A stretch of DNA of 64,000 nucleotides from Candidatus Multivoradales bacterium. GTDB lineage: Bacteria; Acidobacteriota; Thermoanaerobaculia; Multivoradales; JAHEKO01. The position numbers were made by a program, and so were the translations under genes. A model generated the notes under the pieces. That model saw only the letters and a program-made list of their open reading frames with translations, was not told where the DNA came from and made no database searches. The stretch covers positions 2,336,001 through 2,400,000 of the forward strand of contig CBDCXM010000009.1 in assembly GCA_965223855.1 (NCBI GenBank), written 5' to 3'. Below, in pieces: positions 1 through 9,065 of this stretch. Each line of letters starts with the position of its first letter. Within the stretch, counting starts at the first letter, position 1.

Positions 1-317
1 GGCACACCACACCGAAGAACTACAAGGAGGCGTCGCGGCTCTATCTCGAAGCTGCTGCCTACGCCCCCGGGTTGTCGCTAATCAACCTCGGCGAGATGTA
101 CCGAGATGGTTTGGGCGTGCCTCAAGATTACGCGGAAGCGTACTACTGGTTCAGTCTCGCGGTGCCAGATGCCCTCACCAAGTGGAACGCCCGGGAGTCG
201 GGGAGGATCGCTGCACTCCGGGACGCCGTTGCGCAGGAGCTCTCCGCGGGGGAGTTGGCGGAGGTGCAGGAGAGGGCTTCTCGGTGGGAGCCAAAGAAGA
301 TGCCGGAGCTACGATAG
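1..317 (+). CDS. Sel1-like repeat protein, 5' truncated by window edge
   Basis: Frame is open from base 3: ...PKNYKEASRLYLEAA...NLGEMYRDGLGVPQDYAEAYYWFSLA, matching the Sel1 consensus LGxMYxxGxGVxxDxxxAxxWFxxA. Confidence 0.85.
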   Translation, partial: HTTPKNYKEASRLYLEAAAYAPGLSLINLGEMYRDGLGVPQDYAEAYYWFSLAVPDALTKWNARESGRIAALRDAVAQELSAGELAEVQERASRWEPKKMPELR

Positions 318-356
318 CCCAGAGGCGCCGGCACGCAGGGCAGGCTCTCAGGGTGC

Positions 357-1568
357 CTAGCCTGCCGTTTTGTCTTCCATAGCGTCTCGCATTGCCTTCG
401 CACGCTCGTCAGCCGCTCGCTTGAGCGCGTCCGGCGCGAAGTGAGCGTAGGTCTCGGTCGAAGCGCGGGAGCGATGTCCGACGTTCTTGCCGGCGATCTC
501 AAGCCCCACTCCTCTGGACACGTCCCAGCTGACGACGTTGTGCCTCAGGTCGTGTAGGCGAAGCGGTCCCAACCCCTCGAGATTGGCCAGGCCAGCACGC
601 CCTCGGATCTTCACCCAAGGCTTCCGCACGGTCGTCAGGTGAGTGGAGAGGGCATGCCCAGGGAAGACAAAACGGCAGCCGGCAACTCTCTGCTGGCCGG
701 AGAGGACTGCTAGAGCCTCTTCCGGTACTTGTCGATACTCTTCGTCGGCGGTTTTCGTGCGGACCAGCTTGGCCACTCCGCGCTCGAGGTCGAGGTTTGC
801 CCACTCGAGGCCAAGCGCCTCGCCGATACGCCAGCCCGTCCAGAAGGCGACCCGTATCGCGGCGCAGGCGCTCGGACTTGCACCTGCAGCCTCCTCCTCA
901 TCAATCGCCTTGAGGAGGGCAGCCATCTGCTCGGGGGTGAGCATGACTTCCTTCTTCGCACCCCGTCGCTCCTCCGGGTAGCGCTCCACGTGACGCGCCG
1001 GATTGCTGTGGTCAGATCGCCAGCCCCACGCCTCGGCCTGGTCGAGCGCCTGCTGCAGGACGGCGAGCACGCGATTGGCGGCGTATGGTCTGTTGCGCAG
1101 CGAGAGGTGAAGCTCTTCGACATCCGCGACTGTGAGCTCTTCGACGCGCTTGTCTCCGAAACGCGGCACGACATGGCAGCGGAGCAGGCTCTCGTAGCTA
1201 CTGACCGACGACGGCCTTGGGGGGCGCTTCTTGTTGGGTAGGTACTCGTTCAGGAAGCGGTCGGCGAGCATCGCGACGGTGGGGTCCGTGTCCGAGTCGC
1301 GGGAGATGCGGGGGTCCTCACCGGTCTGTACCTGGCGCGACGCCCGGACTGCCTTCTTGCGGGCGTCGTCCGCGGTCATGTCGCCGTGCTTGCCGAGTGT
1401 GATTCGCTTTGGCGCCTTGCGAGTGTTCTGCCCCTCCGTTCTGTACTGGTAGATGTAGACCTTGCGCCCGGCTGGGGTGACTTTGCAACCGAATCCGGTG
1501 AGGTTGGTGTCCCAGAGAAAGACATCCCGCGGTCCGGGTTTGAGGGCCTTGCGAATTGACTGCAGCAG
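357..1568 (-). CDS. int: Tyrosine recombinase/phage integrase with N-terminal arm-binding domain; start codon non-canonical or lost
   Basis: Catalytic TGWRIGE, RLHDLRH, VGHRS...TETYAH. The frame stays open upstream of ATG 1379 to 1586 and encodes LKPGPRDVFLWDTNLTGFGCKVTPAGRKVYIYQYR...RITLGKHG (arm-DNA-binding type). Only CTG/ATT candidate starts are present there. Confidence 0.9.
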   Translation of the reverse strand: MLQSIRKALKPGPRDVFLWDTNLTGFGCKVTPAGRKVYIYQYRTEGQNTRKAPKRITLGKHGDMTADDARKKAVRASRQVQTGEDPRISRDSDTDPTVAMLADRFLNEYLPNKKRPPRPSSVSSYESLLRCHVVPRFGDKRVEELTVADVEELHLSLRNRPYAANRVLAVLQQALDQAEAWGWRSDHSNPARHVERYPEERRGAKKEVMLTPEQMAALLKAIDEEEAAGASPSACAAIRVAFWTGWRIGEALGLEWANLDLERGVAKLVRTKTADEEYRQVPEEALAVLSGQQRVAGCRFVFPGHALSTHLTTVRKPWVKIRGRAGLANLEGLGPLRLHDLRHNVVSWDVSRGVGLEIAGKNVGHRSRASTETYAHFAPDALKRAADERAKAMRDAMEDKTAG

Positions 1569-1646
1569 GTGCGTGCTAGCATTCGACTATGTCCCTTAGT
1601 GTGATCTCGAGACGATCTTCCAAGGGCGCTTGGGACGCCTCAAGGA

Positions 1647-4600
1647 TTGCGATTGTCGTCTCGCCGTGACTATCAGCACCGCTACCGCGAGCGAGCGCCA
1701 CTAGATGAGCTCCGTCAGAGCTCTTCTTGGAAGAGCCTTCGAAGGCTCTGGAGTCACCAGCGAGAGGCCCTAGGTTTTGTCGAGCGCTATCTCGCAGACG
1801 CTCCTGAGAACAAGAGCTGGGCGTCGCTACTCCGGCTGCCTACTGGCACCGGGAAGACGGGCATCATGGCCGTTGCTGCGAACTTTCTCGCTCCTGCGGG
1901 CCACGTCCTCATCGTCGCCCCAAGTACTTACCTGACTTTCCAGCTTCACGGAGCTCTAGTGTGCTCCTTCTGGGACGTCATCAAGGCACAACCCTCGAGG
2001 GGACCGAAGCCAACCATCGTCTTCACCCCGACTGTGCTTCGAGATCTTGAAGAGTTCCCCAGGGAGCCTTGCGTCTGGGTCTGCACCACGACAACCCTGC
2101 AGCTGCTGCATGCGGCCTATCTAGGCGAGTCCGGAGCGGCGAACGCGGCCCGATGGGCAGAGTGCTTTGGGCAACTACTGGAGTTGATCGAAGTTGTTCT
2201 TGTCGACGAGGGGCATCGAGAGCCAGCGAAAGAGTGGGCAAGGGCCGTTCGGCGCTTCGGGAGTCCTACGATTCTGTTTTCGGCAACGCCGTATAGGAAC
2301 GATCTTCGCTTCTTTAGGGTCGGCCGCGACAGCGATCGCTATCAGCAGCAGTATCGATTCCACACAGCCGTCTCGCGGCGGACGATTCGAGACGTCCGGT
2401 TTGTGCCGGCCCTGGAGGCCTACTCGCACCCGCCGGAGGATGATCTTCGTCGTCCTCGCCGCCTTCTGAACTCAGCCCGACACTTCTCCAAACAGCTACT
2501 CGACTTCTACGAGTCCGAACTCCTCCCAAACCTGCCAGCCGATGTCGTCACGCCGCGTGTGATCGTCCGCTGCGAGACAGGGGCCGCCGTAGAGGCAGTA
2601 AAGGACTCGATTGAGCGGGAGTTAGTCGCGCGCAACGCTGGAGTTCTGGCGAGCTCCCAGGTCTTGGCGGTTCACGATCGATTCAAAGCCTCGAAGGCTC
2701 CTAACGAGTACCCAAGCGTCCCGCGCCGCGAGAGCCTAGGGGAGGAGTACCCCGACGATGCGGTCTACTGGGTGCACCAATACAAACTCACAGAGGGGCT
2801 CGACGACAGAGACTTCTGTGCGGTCGCTTTCTTCCAGCGGTTCAAGAATTCCCGAGGCCTTGTTCAGCAAGTGGGCCGGATCTTGCGGAATCCAGGTCGA
2901 GGCGACCGACCAGCACTTGTCTTCCACGATCCGAGGGACGACCTTGGAGAGGAGTTCGAGGGCTACCGGTCTTTTGAGCGTGCACCGAGGTCGATCGTTG
3001 GCCCGGAGGAAATCGTCTTCGAGTTCGCTAAGGCCCTCCCAGATTGGTTCTACTTCGGAGGCCGCTATCGAGAAGCGATTGACTACGGGCGGGGCGACCG
3101 AGAGTACATTGAGGATGTGATCAAGGGGCTCCGGGTTAGGAAGACTGCGTTGGTCTTTCGAAGTCGACGTGGGCCAACCGAGAGCGAACTCAAGAGCATT
3201 CTCTTAGAGTACTCGGAGGCCCTTGAAGAGAAGGACTCGGTTGAAATCGGACTATGGTCCAAGACAGAGCCGTCGCACCAGGTAGGGGTGGTCTTGCATT
3301 GCCGCATCGAACAGACGCCCTACCTGTGCGATCGAGCCTTTTTCGACATCTCCCTGTCGCCAAGTGTCTTCTACTGGAGGCAGGGCTTCTTCTTTCTTCA
3401 AGGCAGCAGCTCTGCCGTTCCAACGAGGTTGGTTGGAGAAGTAAAGCCGGTGGAGCCTCACGCTCTGGAGGCCCTCCTCCCGCCAGACGTGACTCGCTTC
3501 ACGCAGGTCTCCTTGACCAACTGTGACCTCGGCCGATCCAGCCTACGGCGGCGAGCAATTGCCGCGTATGCTCTGGAGGACATCGCGCCAGGTCTGGGGG
3601 ATCACTTCCAGTTCGCCTCGGCTGCGGTCGGTTCGGTCCACGAGAGTGGGGTTGACTCTCGTCGGTACCTTGGTTTCACGCGGTCCCGTGTAACGCAGCC
3701 TGAGGCGGAGAATGGCGACATTGCTGCGTTCATGAAGTGGGCCGACAGCCTGGTTGGTGGCCTCCGGAAGCCGCCGGACCGATCACATCCGGTTCTTCAA
3801 CGCTTCGCCCAGTATGTGTCAGCGGGCGAAGATGAGCAGGCCCGCCACATCTTGCTGGAGTTCGATGAATTCTTCAACGTCTACCAGTCGGGTCTTTTCG
3901 GTGAGACCTTCAGTTCTCTAGCTGCCGACGTCGATCCAGACGACGGAACATTCAGTTGTCAGGTCGGAGACCGCGAGATTCTGGGCAAAGTCAAGTACAG
4001 GAGAGGGCGGTTCTATCTGGAATCTAGACAACTCGATGAGGACTTCGAGCCTCGTGATGAGAACGTACGACTTCACCCCACAACATTTCTGACTCAGAGG
4101 GCTCACTTTCGAGTTGTCACTTCAGAAGGCAAGCTCTACGCCGACGGTCGTTTCTATCTTCCACGAACTCCGCTCTGGGAGAACGGACGCCTGGAGGACC
4201 TAGGGATCTTTCACTCAGTACCCTCGCTTGGGGAAGTCACCAAGAAGGAGAAAGGGGGAAAGGGTAAGTTCTCCCGGCTCCCAGATGAGAAGCTGACCTG
4301 GGAGGAGGGGAGTGTCTTTCATGTGATCGATGCAGATCCGGCGCTATTCGAAGCGGCTGACTTCAACCCAGATCTCCTGGTTTGCGACGATCTCGGCACA
4401 GAGCTGGCGGACTTCTTCGCTCTGGATCTGGCGAAAGGAAAGATCTGCCAGATTCACGCAAAAGCCTACGGAGGAGATGAGGCTTTCTCCGCAGGAGCAA
4501 GTCCGTTTCATGATGTGCATGCCCAGGTCGTAAAGAACTTGGAGTACCTTAACCCTGTCCATACCGTTGCTCCGGACCGGTCAAGACGATGGAACGGGGT

Positions 4601-4910
4601 CTGGAAGTGGAACAAGAAGAGTAAGCAAGGAGTGCGGCGTATTCGTAGGGCCCCAGCGGGATTCACGGGAGCGAGAATTGCCGACGAAGTGAATGGCCTG
4701 GTGCGATCGGTCGAGACCCAGAAGGAGGTCTGGGTCGTTCTGGGGAAGGGGTTTGCAGTCAAGGAGCTCCTGGCAGCAGTTGGAGGCGGGAAAGTGCCTG
4801 ACTATCACTCAGTGCAACTGCTCTATCTACTACAGAGCTGCAATGACCAAGTCTCGGCAGTTGGGGCCAAACTTCGGGTCTTCACGGTGGATACAAGGCC
4901 AGGAGGCTGA
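1647..4910 (+). CDS. SF2 (type III Res-like, DEAD/DEAH) helicase fused to C-terminal PD-(D/E)xK-like nuclease; candidate defence protein
   Basis: Walker A LPTGTGKT, Walker B VLVDEGH, motif III SATPYRND, motif V LTEGLD, motif VI QQVGRILR; C-terminal LVCDDLGTELADFFAL...QIHAK. TTG 1653 is the better-spaced start after AAGGA. Confidence 0.85.
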   Translation: MRLSSRRDYQHRYRERAPLDELRQSSSWKSLRRLWSHQREALGFVERYLADAPENKSWASLLRLPTGTGKTGIMAVAANFLAPAGHVLIVAPSTYLTFQLHGALVCSFWDVIKAQPSRGPKPTIVFTPTVLRDLEEFPREPCVWVCTTTTLQLLHAAYLGESGAANAARWAECFGQLLELIEVVLVDEGHREPAKEWARAVRRFGSPTILFSATPYRNDLRFFRVGRDSDRYQQQYRFHTAVSRRTIRDVRFVPALEAYSHPPEDDLRRPRRLLNSARHFSKQLLDFYESELLPNLPADVVTPRVIVRCETGAAVEAVKDSIERELVARNAGVLASSQVLAVHDRFKASKAPNEYPSVPRRESLGEEYPDDAVYWVHQYKLTEGLDDRDFCAVAFFQRFKNSRGLVQQVGRILRNPGRGDRPALVFHDPRDDLGEEFEGYRSFERAPRSIVGPEEIVFEFAKALPDWFYFGGRYREAIDYGRGDREYIEDVIKGLRVRKTALVFRSRRGPTESELKSILLEYSEALEEKDSVEIGLWSKTEPSHQVGVVLHCRIEQTPYLCDRAFFDISLSPSVFYWRQGFFFLQGSSSAVPTRLVGEVKPVEPHALEALLPPDVTRFTQVSLTNCDLGRSSLRRRAIAAYALEDIAPGLGDHFQFASAAVGSVHESGVDSRRYLGFTRSRVTQPEAENGDIAAFMKWADSLVGGLRKPPDRSHPVLQRFAQYVSAGEDEQARHILLEFDEFFNVYQSGLFGETFSSLAADVDPDDGTFSCQVGDREILGKVKYRRGRFYLESRQLDEDFEPRDENVRLHPTTFLTQRAHFRVVTSEGKLYADGRFYLPRTPLWENGRLEDLGIFHSVPSLGEVTKKEKGGKGKFSRLPDEKLTWEEGSVFHVIDADPALFEAADFNPDLLVCDDLGTELADFFALDLAKGKICQIHAKAYGGDEAFSAGASPFHDVHAQVVKNLEYLNPVHTVAPDRSRRWNGVWKWNKKSKQGVRRIRRAPAGFTGARIADEVNGLVRSVETQKEVWVVLGKGFAVKELLAAVGGGKVPDYHSVQLLYLLQSCNDQVSAVGAKLRVFTVDTRPGG

Positions 4911-4997
4911 GGCTTGAGGAGACCCAAGCGACCGTTCTGGACGGCTGGGTGTCGGAGCTGACTACGGGACGGAAGCCCTATTGAAAGGAAACTGACG

Positions 4998-5588
4998 ATG
5001 GAGATCACCCTGGATCCTGAGAATGAAACCCGCGCGACCAGGAGGCTCCAAGCTCTGCTGGGCCTAGGAGCTGCAGAGGCGGAGGCGCTGCTGAGCGCAG
5101 CCGTTGAGGGGGCCGTGGACCGGACACTCGAGCGCGTTGGAGGCTCGGCTCCTGTTCCGACGAGCGTTGTTGCAACTCGCGCCGAGGAGTTGCGATATTG
5201 CTGCCTGCGCGCTAACCGAATCCTGGAGCGCCGCGAGGTAGAGGTGCTGTTTAGGATCGCGGCGAGTGGTGCAAGAGCGATCTTGACGACGACGCGGGCG
5301 ACCTATGAAGAATCTCTTCAAGAGCAGTTCGCCTCGCGAATGCGCGAAGACGCTAGGGTTGAAGAGACTGGGAACGTTGAAGATGGGCAGACTTATACCA
5401 TTGGCTTCTCAGAAGTCGCGAATTTTGAAACCGCGAAGGCCCTGCTGCGTCGCAGGAACTTGCACGTCTATTGTGAGTCGAACCAGCATGGAAAGACGCT
5501 GGCGCTCCCGCGTGAGATCACGATCGAGGGGGTGGCGATCAATCCGCTCGAGGAGCTAGGATTTGATCAACCCGGGCAAGATGCCTGA
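4998..5588 (+). CDS. Hypothetical protein, possible HTH-like segment
   Basis: 196-aa ORF with RBS GAAAGGA; segment ERREVEVLFRIAASGARAIL resembles a helix-turn-helix. Confidence 0.7.
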   Translation: MEITLDPENETRATRRLQALLGLGAAEAEALLSAAVEGAVDRTLERVGGSAPVPTSVVATRAEELRYCCLRANRILERREVEVLFRIAASGARAILTTTRATYEESLQEQFASRMREDARVEETGNVEDGQTYTIGFSEVANFETAKALLRRRNLHVYCESNQHGKTLALPREITIEGVAINPLEELGFDQPGQDA

Positions 5589-5597
5589 GTTTCGAGC

Positions 5598-5975
5598 ATG
5601 ACGGTCACCATGTCCGAATACTCATCTGCGGTCCACCAGATAGGCCAGATCGCGAACTTACTTGGCCTCTTTCTCGCCCTCCTAGCTCTGTTTACCTCGG
5701 AGCAGGCGCGGCGCCTAGGAGAGGAGAAGCGCCGAACGGGGAATCCCGACCAGGCCAATTGCCGGACCATCGTTGGCTTAAGCGCAGCGTTGGGCACGGT
5801 AACGCTCGCCGGAGTGGTGTCGATGGCTCCACTAATGTGGCGGTGCGTCGCAACCTTCGAGATGGGGAGGCGGGTCGATCCTGTGCTGACAGTCTTCGTT
5901 CTTGTGTGGTCCCTGCTGATCGCTCTAGTAGTGTGGCAGTTCAGGCTTGCGAAGGGCGCTTGGCCTCACTCTTGA
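5598..5975 (+). CDS. Small membrane protein (about 3 TM helices)
   Basis: Hydrophobic stretches IANLLGLFLALLALF, IVGLSAALGTVTLAGVV, LTVFVLVWSLLIALVVW; starts 9 bp after the previous stop. Confidence 0.7.
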   Translation: MTVTMSEYSSAVHQIGQIANLLGLFLALLALFTSEQARRLGEEKRRTGNPDQANCRTIVGLSAALGTVTLAGVVSMAPLMWRCVATFEMGRRVDPVLTVFVLVWSLLIALVVWQFRLAKGAWPHS

Positions 5976-6078
5976 TCCTGGCTGCCAGGCCTTTTGGGAC
6001 TAGCTCGCAAGGAGGGGGTCACGTCACGATGACTCGGCCGCTCAACCAACGCTTCCTGCCGAGAGGACTCGTGCAGCG

Positions 6079-6621
6079 ATGACGTCTCACTGGAAGACTG
6101 CACCCGTCCGATGGCGGCGGAAACGCAGGACACGTCAGCACGTGCTTGCCGACCTCGCCGTGAACCATGCTGAGCGGCAGATCATACTCCGCGGTTTCTC
6201 GGTCGACCGGGTCGAACACGACTACGGATTCGATCTGGTCATGACCACATACGATGCGGACGGCATGATCGAGAATGGACAGGTCATGATCCAAGTCAAG
6301 GGGCAGGACAAGTCGCCGGTCATGTCCGCGAAAGAGAGCTTGCCGTTTCGCCTCGATCGCCGAGATCTGGACCTCTGGCTCCGGGAGCCGGAACCCGTAA
6401 TTCTAGCCGTCTACGACGGCTCGACCTCCGAGGCCTACTGGTTGTACGTCCAGGCCCATTTCGAGGCCCAAGGCATCACCAACCCCTATGAGATGCCTCG
6501 CACTGTCACAGTCCACGTGCCGTTGACTAACAAGCTCGATCCCGACGCGATCTCCGAGTTGGCCCGCTTGCGCGACAACATGATGGCGCAGATCATGGGA
6601 AGGATTAGGCACTGTGAATGA
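6079..6621 (+). CDS. DUF4365 family PD-(D/E)xK nuclease-like protein
   Basis: HDYGFDL...MIQVKG motif, W..EPEPVIL.VYD...AYW, typical RKRRTRQHVLADLAVNH start. Confidence 0.8.
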   Translation: MTSHWKTAPVRWRRKRRTRQHVLADLAVNHAERQIILRGFSVDRVEHDYGFDLVMTTYDADGMIENGQVMIQVKGQDKSPVMSAKESLPFRLDRRDLDLWLREPEPVILAVYDGSTSEAYWLYVQAHFEAQGITNPYEMPRTVTVHVPLTNKLDPDAISELARLRDNMMAQIMGRIRHCE

Positions 6622-6715
6622 TCCACTGACGTACCGCGGCTTGCACGAGTTCCTACTCTCCCTCGGTTTCCAGAGGCACACGGTCCCCGGCTTAGAGGTT
6701 CCACACGATTCCTGA
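6614..6715 (+). pseudogene. Truncated HicA-like ORF overlapping the DUF4365 stop
   Basis: GTG 6614 encodes MNDPLTYRGLHEFLLSLGFQRHTVPG-LEVPHDS*. The HicA-like L..LGF....PG start breaks off where the transposase-element left end begins (~6697). Confidence 0.45.
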
Positions 6716-7877
6716 GGAGTCGCCGCGGTCCCCTCTGGCGATCGGGTCATTGGCCCCCTGCGACTCTCAGCAGTCCCACGAAATCTGCTTTCGCCTGCCT
6801 CTCGGGTCGGTTTCGCCGGCGATAGCGTCGGATTTGAGCTCGAGAATGCCTACGGGGTGTAGTCCGGGCGCAGCGGTGCTCCCCAGCTGGCGCTGGGCTG
6901 TCCGTTCTCGAGACTCGGCTGACCTAAGCTTTCAGCGGGACGAAGCCTGCCCCGGGTCGGAAGCACCCGGCTGGGAACTCCGCAGCTCTTCCTCTTCTCA
7001 GGTCTTCGCTGGCCTGACGGTAGGCGAGGACGACGAGGGCGTAGGCTCCCTCGAGAGCTCTACGCATGCGGCCTTCGATCGCGTGGAAGCGCGGTGCCGG
7101 CGTGCGCTTGTCGGGCGAATTCGGCCGATCGTGAGGGTGCTGTCGGAGGATGGCGTCTCGACCGAGGACCTTGTCGGGAGCCTCCTCCTCGATCTGCTTG
7201 ACCATCCGGCGCACTTCCGCTCGCCAGTGGCTCTCTGGCTCGTGCTCCCAACAGGGCAGGGGCGAGAGCTCGAGGCGCTCTCTCGAGGCGAAGAGGGCGT
7301 CGGGGTTGGGTTCGCCTCTCTCGTGAGCCCGGTATTGCTCGGTTCGGTCGATCCAGACACCCTCGAGCGGATCGTCCTGGAGCAGGGCTTTCGTCGAGCT
7401 CGCTCCCGGCCAGTGCCTCGGTGAGGCGACCAGTCCTTCCTTGCAGCCCTGGGCCAGGAGGTAGCGGAGTCTCCCGATCTGCGCTGCGGGTTCGTCGGAC
7501 ACATGGATGTCGACGTAGCGCCGGCCGAAGATCTTCTCTTTCCAGTGGTGGAGCCTTCCGACTTCGCGGGCGATCTTGGAGTTGACGTAGCGCATGAAGT
7601 CGGCGAGCTGCCTGGCGTCTTCCGGGTAGAGCAGCATGTGGCAGTGGTTCGACAGGAAGACGAACGCGCACACTCGCATCCTGTAGCGCTCCTGGCCGCG
7701 GGCGAGGGCGCCGAGGATGATCTCGTTGAGCGCCGGCGAGGGGCGCAGCAGGAAGCGGCGCTGGAGGGTGCGGCAGGTGACTTCTACCAGGGCTTGTGAG
7801 GGCAGATAGCGAATCTTGCGTGCCATGCCCTTGCAGACGGAGGGCCTACGGGAGATCTCACGCATTTGTGTGGCACC
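6697..7877. mobile_element. HUH/Y1 transposase element with imperfect inverted ends
   Basis: Left GGTTCCACACGATT (6697-6710) vs reverse complement of the right end GGTGCCACACAAAT (7864-7877), 11/14 match, with weaker similarity continuing inward. Confidence 0.5.
6924..7826 (-). CDS. REP-associated tyrosine transposase-like (Y1/HUH, IS200 superfamily)
   Basis: Start MARKIRY; VEVTCRT..RRFLLRP; HUH motif FVFLSNHCHMLL; IFGRRY; catalytic Tyr region LRYLLAQGCKEGLV.SPRHWPGASS. Confidence 0.85.
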   Translation of the reverse strand: MARKIRYLPSQALVEVTCRTLQRRFLLRPSPALNEIILGALARGQERYRMRVCAFVFLSNHCHMLLYPEDARQLADFMRYVNSKIAREVGRLHHWKEKIFGRRYVDIHVSDEPAAQIGRLRYLLAQGCKEGLVASPRHWPGASSTKALLQDDPLEGVWIDRTEQYRAHERGEPNPDALFASRERLELSPLPCWEHEPESHWRAEVRRMVKQIEEEAPDKVLGRDAILRQHPHDRPNSPDKRTPAPRFHAIEGRMRRALEGAYALVVLAYRQASEDLRRGRAAEFPAGCFRPGAGFVPLKA

Positions 7878-7896
7878 CATCGAGGGGGCCCGCTCC

Positions 7897-8802
7897 TCAG
7901 TCGCCCAGCTCCAGTCGCTGCGCCTCGTCCCACAGGCGCGATCGGCGAAGCAGTTCCGGCCGAACGGCCGGCGGAAGCTGATCGTACTCGGGGATGCTCG
8001 CTCCGATCTCCTCTCGAGGGAAGAGGAGCACCCCATCGGCGAGCTCTCCTGCAAGGAATCTGTCCAGGCGCTTTCGACTCCAGACTTCGCCGAGCATTCG
8101 GTGGCCGGCCGTGCCTCCTGGAGTCACCAACATCCAGGACCCCAGCGCGTCGAAGGCCGGATGGTCCCGAAGGTGAGCCGCGACCGAGAGCACCGCCGCA
8201 CCTTCCGTACCTCGCTCGCGCCAGGACCTGGCGATGCGCTCGCAGTGGAGGTTGCCGAAGAGCCAGAGCTGCGGAAGAGGTGCTGCGGCGGCAAGTCTCT
8301 CCGCCTCCACGAGTTTCTCGCGCTGGAGCCAGGGGACGAGGTCCTCGGCGAGGTGTATCTGATCCCAGGGGATGGGGAGTGAGGCGCCTACGATCCGCAC
8401 CCTCGGCCTGGCACTCTCGCGATTGATCGACTGGGCCGCCCGCAGGAACTCCTCGTAGCCGGGGTGCTCCCAGGCGATTCCCAGGCCGGCGTCCCTCCAG
8501 ATCGGCCGGAGCTCGTCGCGCGACATCGGGGCTTGCTCGATCACAAAGCGATCGAGCAGGGCCTGGTGGGCCGGGGCTGCAAACTCCGCTAGGACCGTCA
8601 GCGACGGGAAGCGACTCGCAGCCGCGGATAGCACCTCGATGCGCAGTTGGCTCTCCTCCTCACCGCCGTGTTCCTCTCCAAGGCAGAGCCGGGGCGCGAG
8701 CTCCAGTACCAGGACTTCTGCAACGCTGATCCGCTGGTCGCAGCCGCTCAGTAGAAAGAGGGCCGTGGTGAGGGCGCTGATCAACGAGAGGTCCTTGTGC
8801 AT
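7897..8802 (-). CDS. Lipoprotein, ChaN/TraB/EreA-like fold possible
   Basis: Lipobox LFLLSGC; LCLGEEHG and FGNLHC motifs resemble the EreA/ChaN/Tiki superfamily. Confidence 0.6.
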   Translation of the reverse strand: MHKDLSLISALTTALFLLSGCDQRISVAEVLVLELAPRLCLGEEHGGEEESQLRIEVLSAAASRFPSLTVLAEFAAPAHQALLDRFVIEQAPMSRDELRPIWRDAGLGIAWEHPGYEEFLRAAQSINRESARPRVRIVGASLPIPWDQIHLAEDLVPWLQREKLVEAERLAAAAPLPQLWLFGNLHCERIARSWRERGTEGAAVLSVAAHLRDHPAFDALGSWMLVTPGGTAGHRMLGEVWSRKRLDRFLAGELADGVLLFPREEIGASIPEYDQLPPAVRPELLRRSRLWDEAQRLELGD

Positions 8803-8888
8803 GGCGGTCGTCCCCCAGCATAGAGGCTAGCGATGCGGCCAAGGGGAGCACTTGAGCTGGGGTCGCCCGTCTCTCGAGTTGGCGAAAT

Positions 8889-8966
8889 GCGGTGACAGGA
8901 TACTCATCACCGCCACATCACCGATCCTGCAGCGCCGGCGAATGAGTCACCTGTCACCGCTACTCC
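8889..8966. repeat. REPIN-like inverted pair of the CGGTGACAGG repeat family
   Basis: GCGGTGACAGGATACTCAT (8889-8907) and ATGAGTCACCTGTCACCGC (8942-8960) are near-perfect inverted copies; intergenic. Confidence 0.8.
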
Positions 8967-9065
8967 CCGAGGACTGAGGCGCCCTGCGAATCGCGAGCAT
9001 CGCGACCAGCTGTAACGTCTCACGCCCGTCGGCCGCCTTCTCAGAAAAGAGGAAAGGAGCCCACG

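Noticed and set aside
318-356. tRNA or att site next to the integrase
   Set aside because: No cloverleaf or duplicated core visible; the true boundary may lie left of the window
1376-1582. Separate 68-aa gene upstream of the integrase
   Set aside because: Overlaps the integrase arm domain in another frame and has no recognisable features
357-1586. Integron integrase with attC cassette array
   Set aside because: It has a phage-type arm domain, no IntI-specific insertion was recognised, and no RYYYAAC...GTTRRRY sites were seen at gene ends
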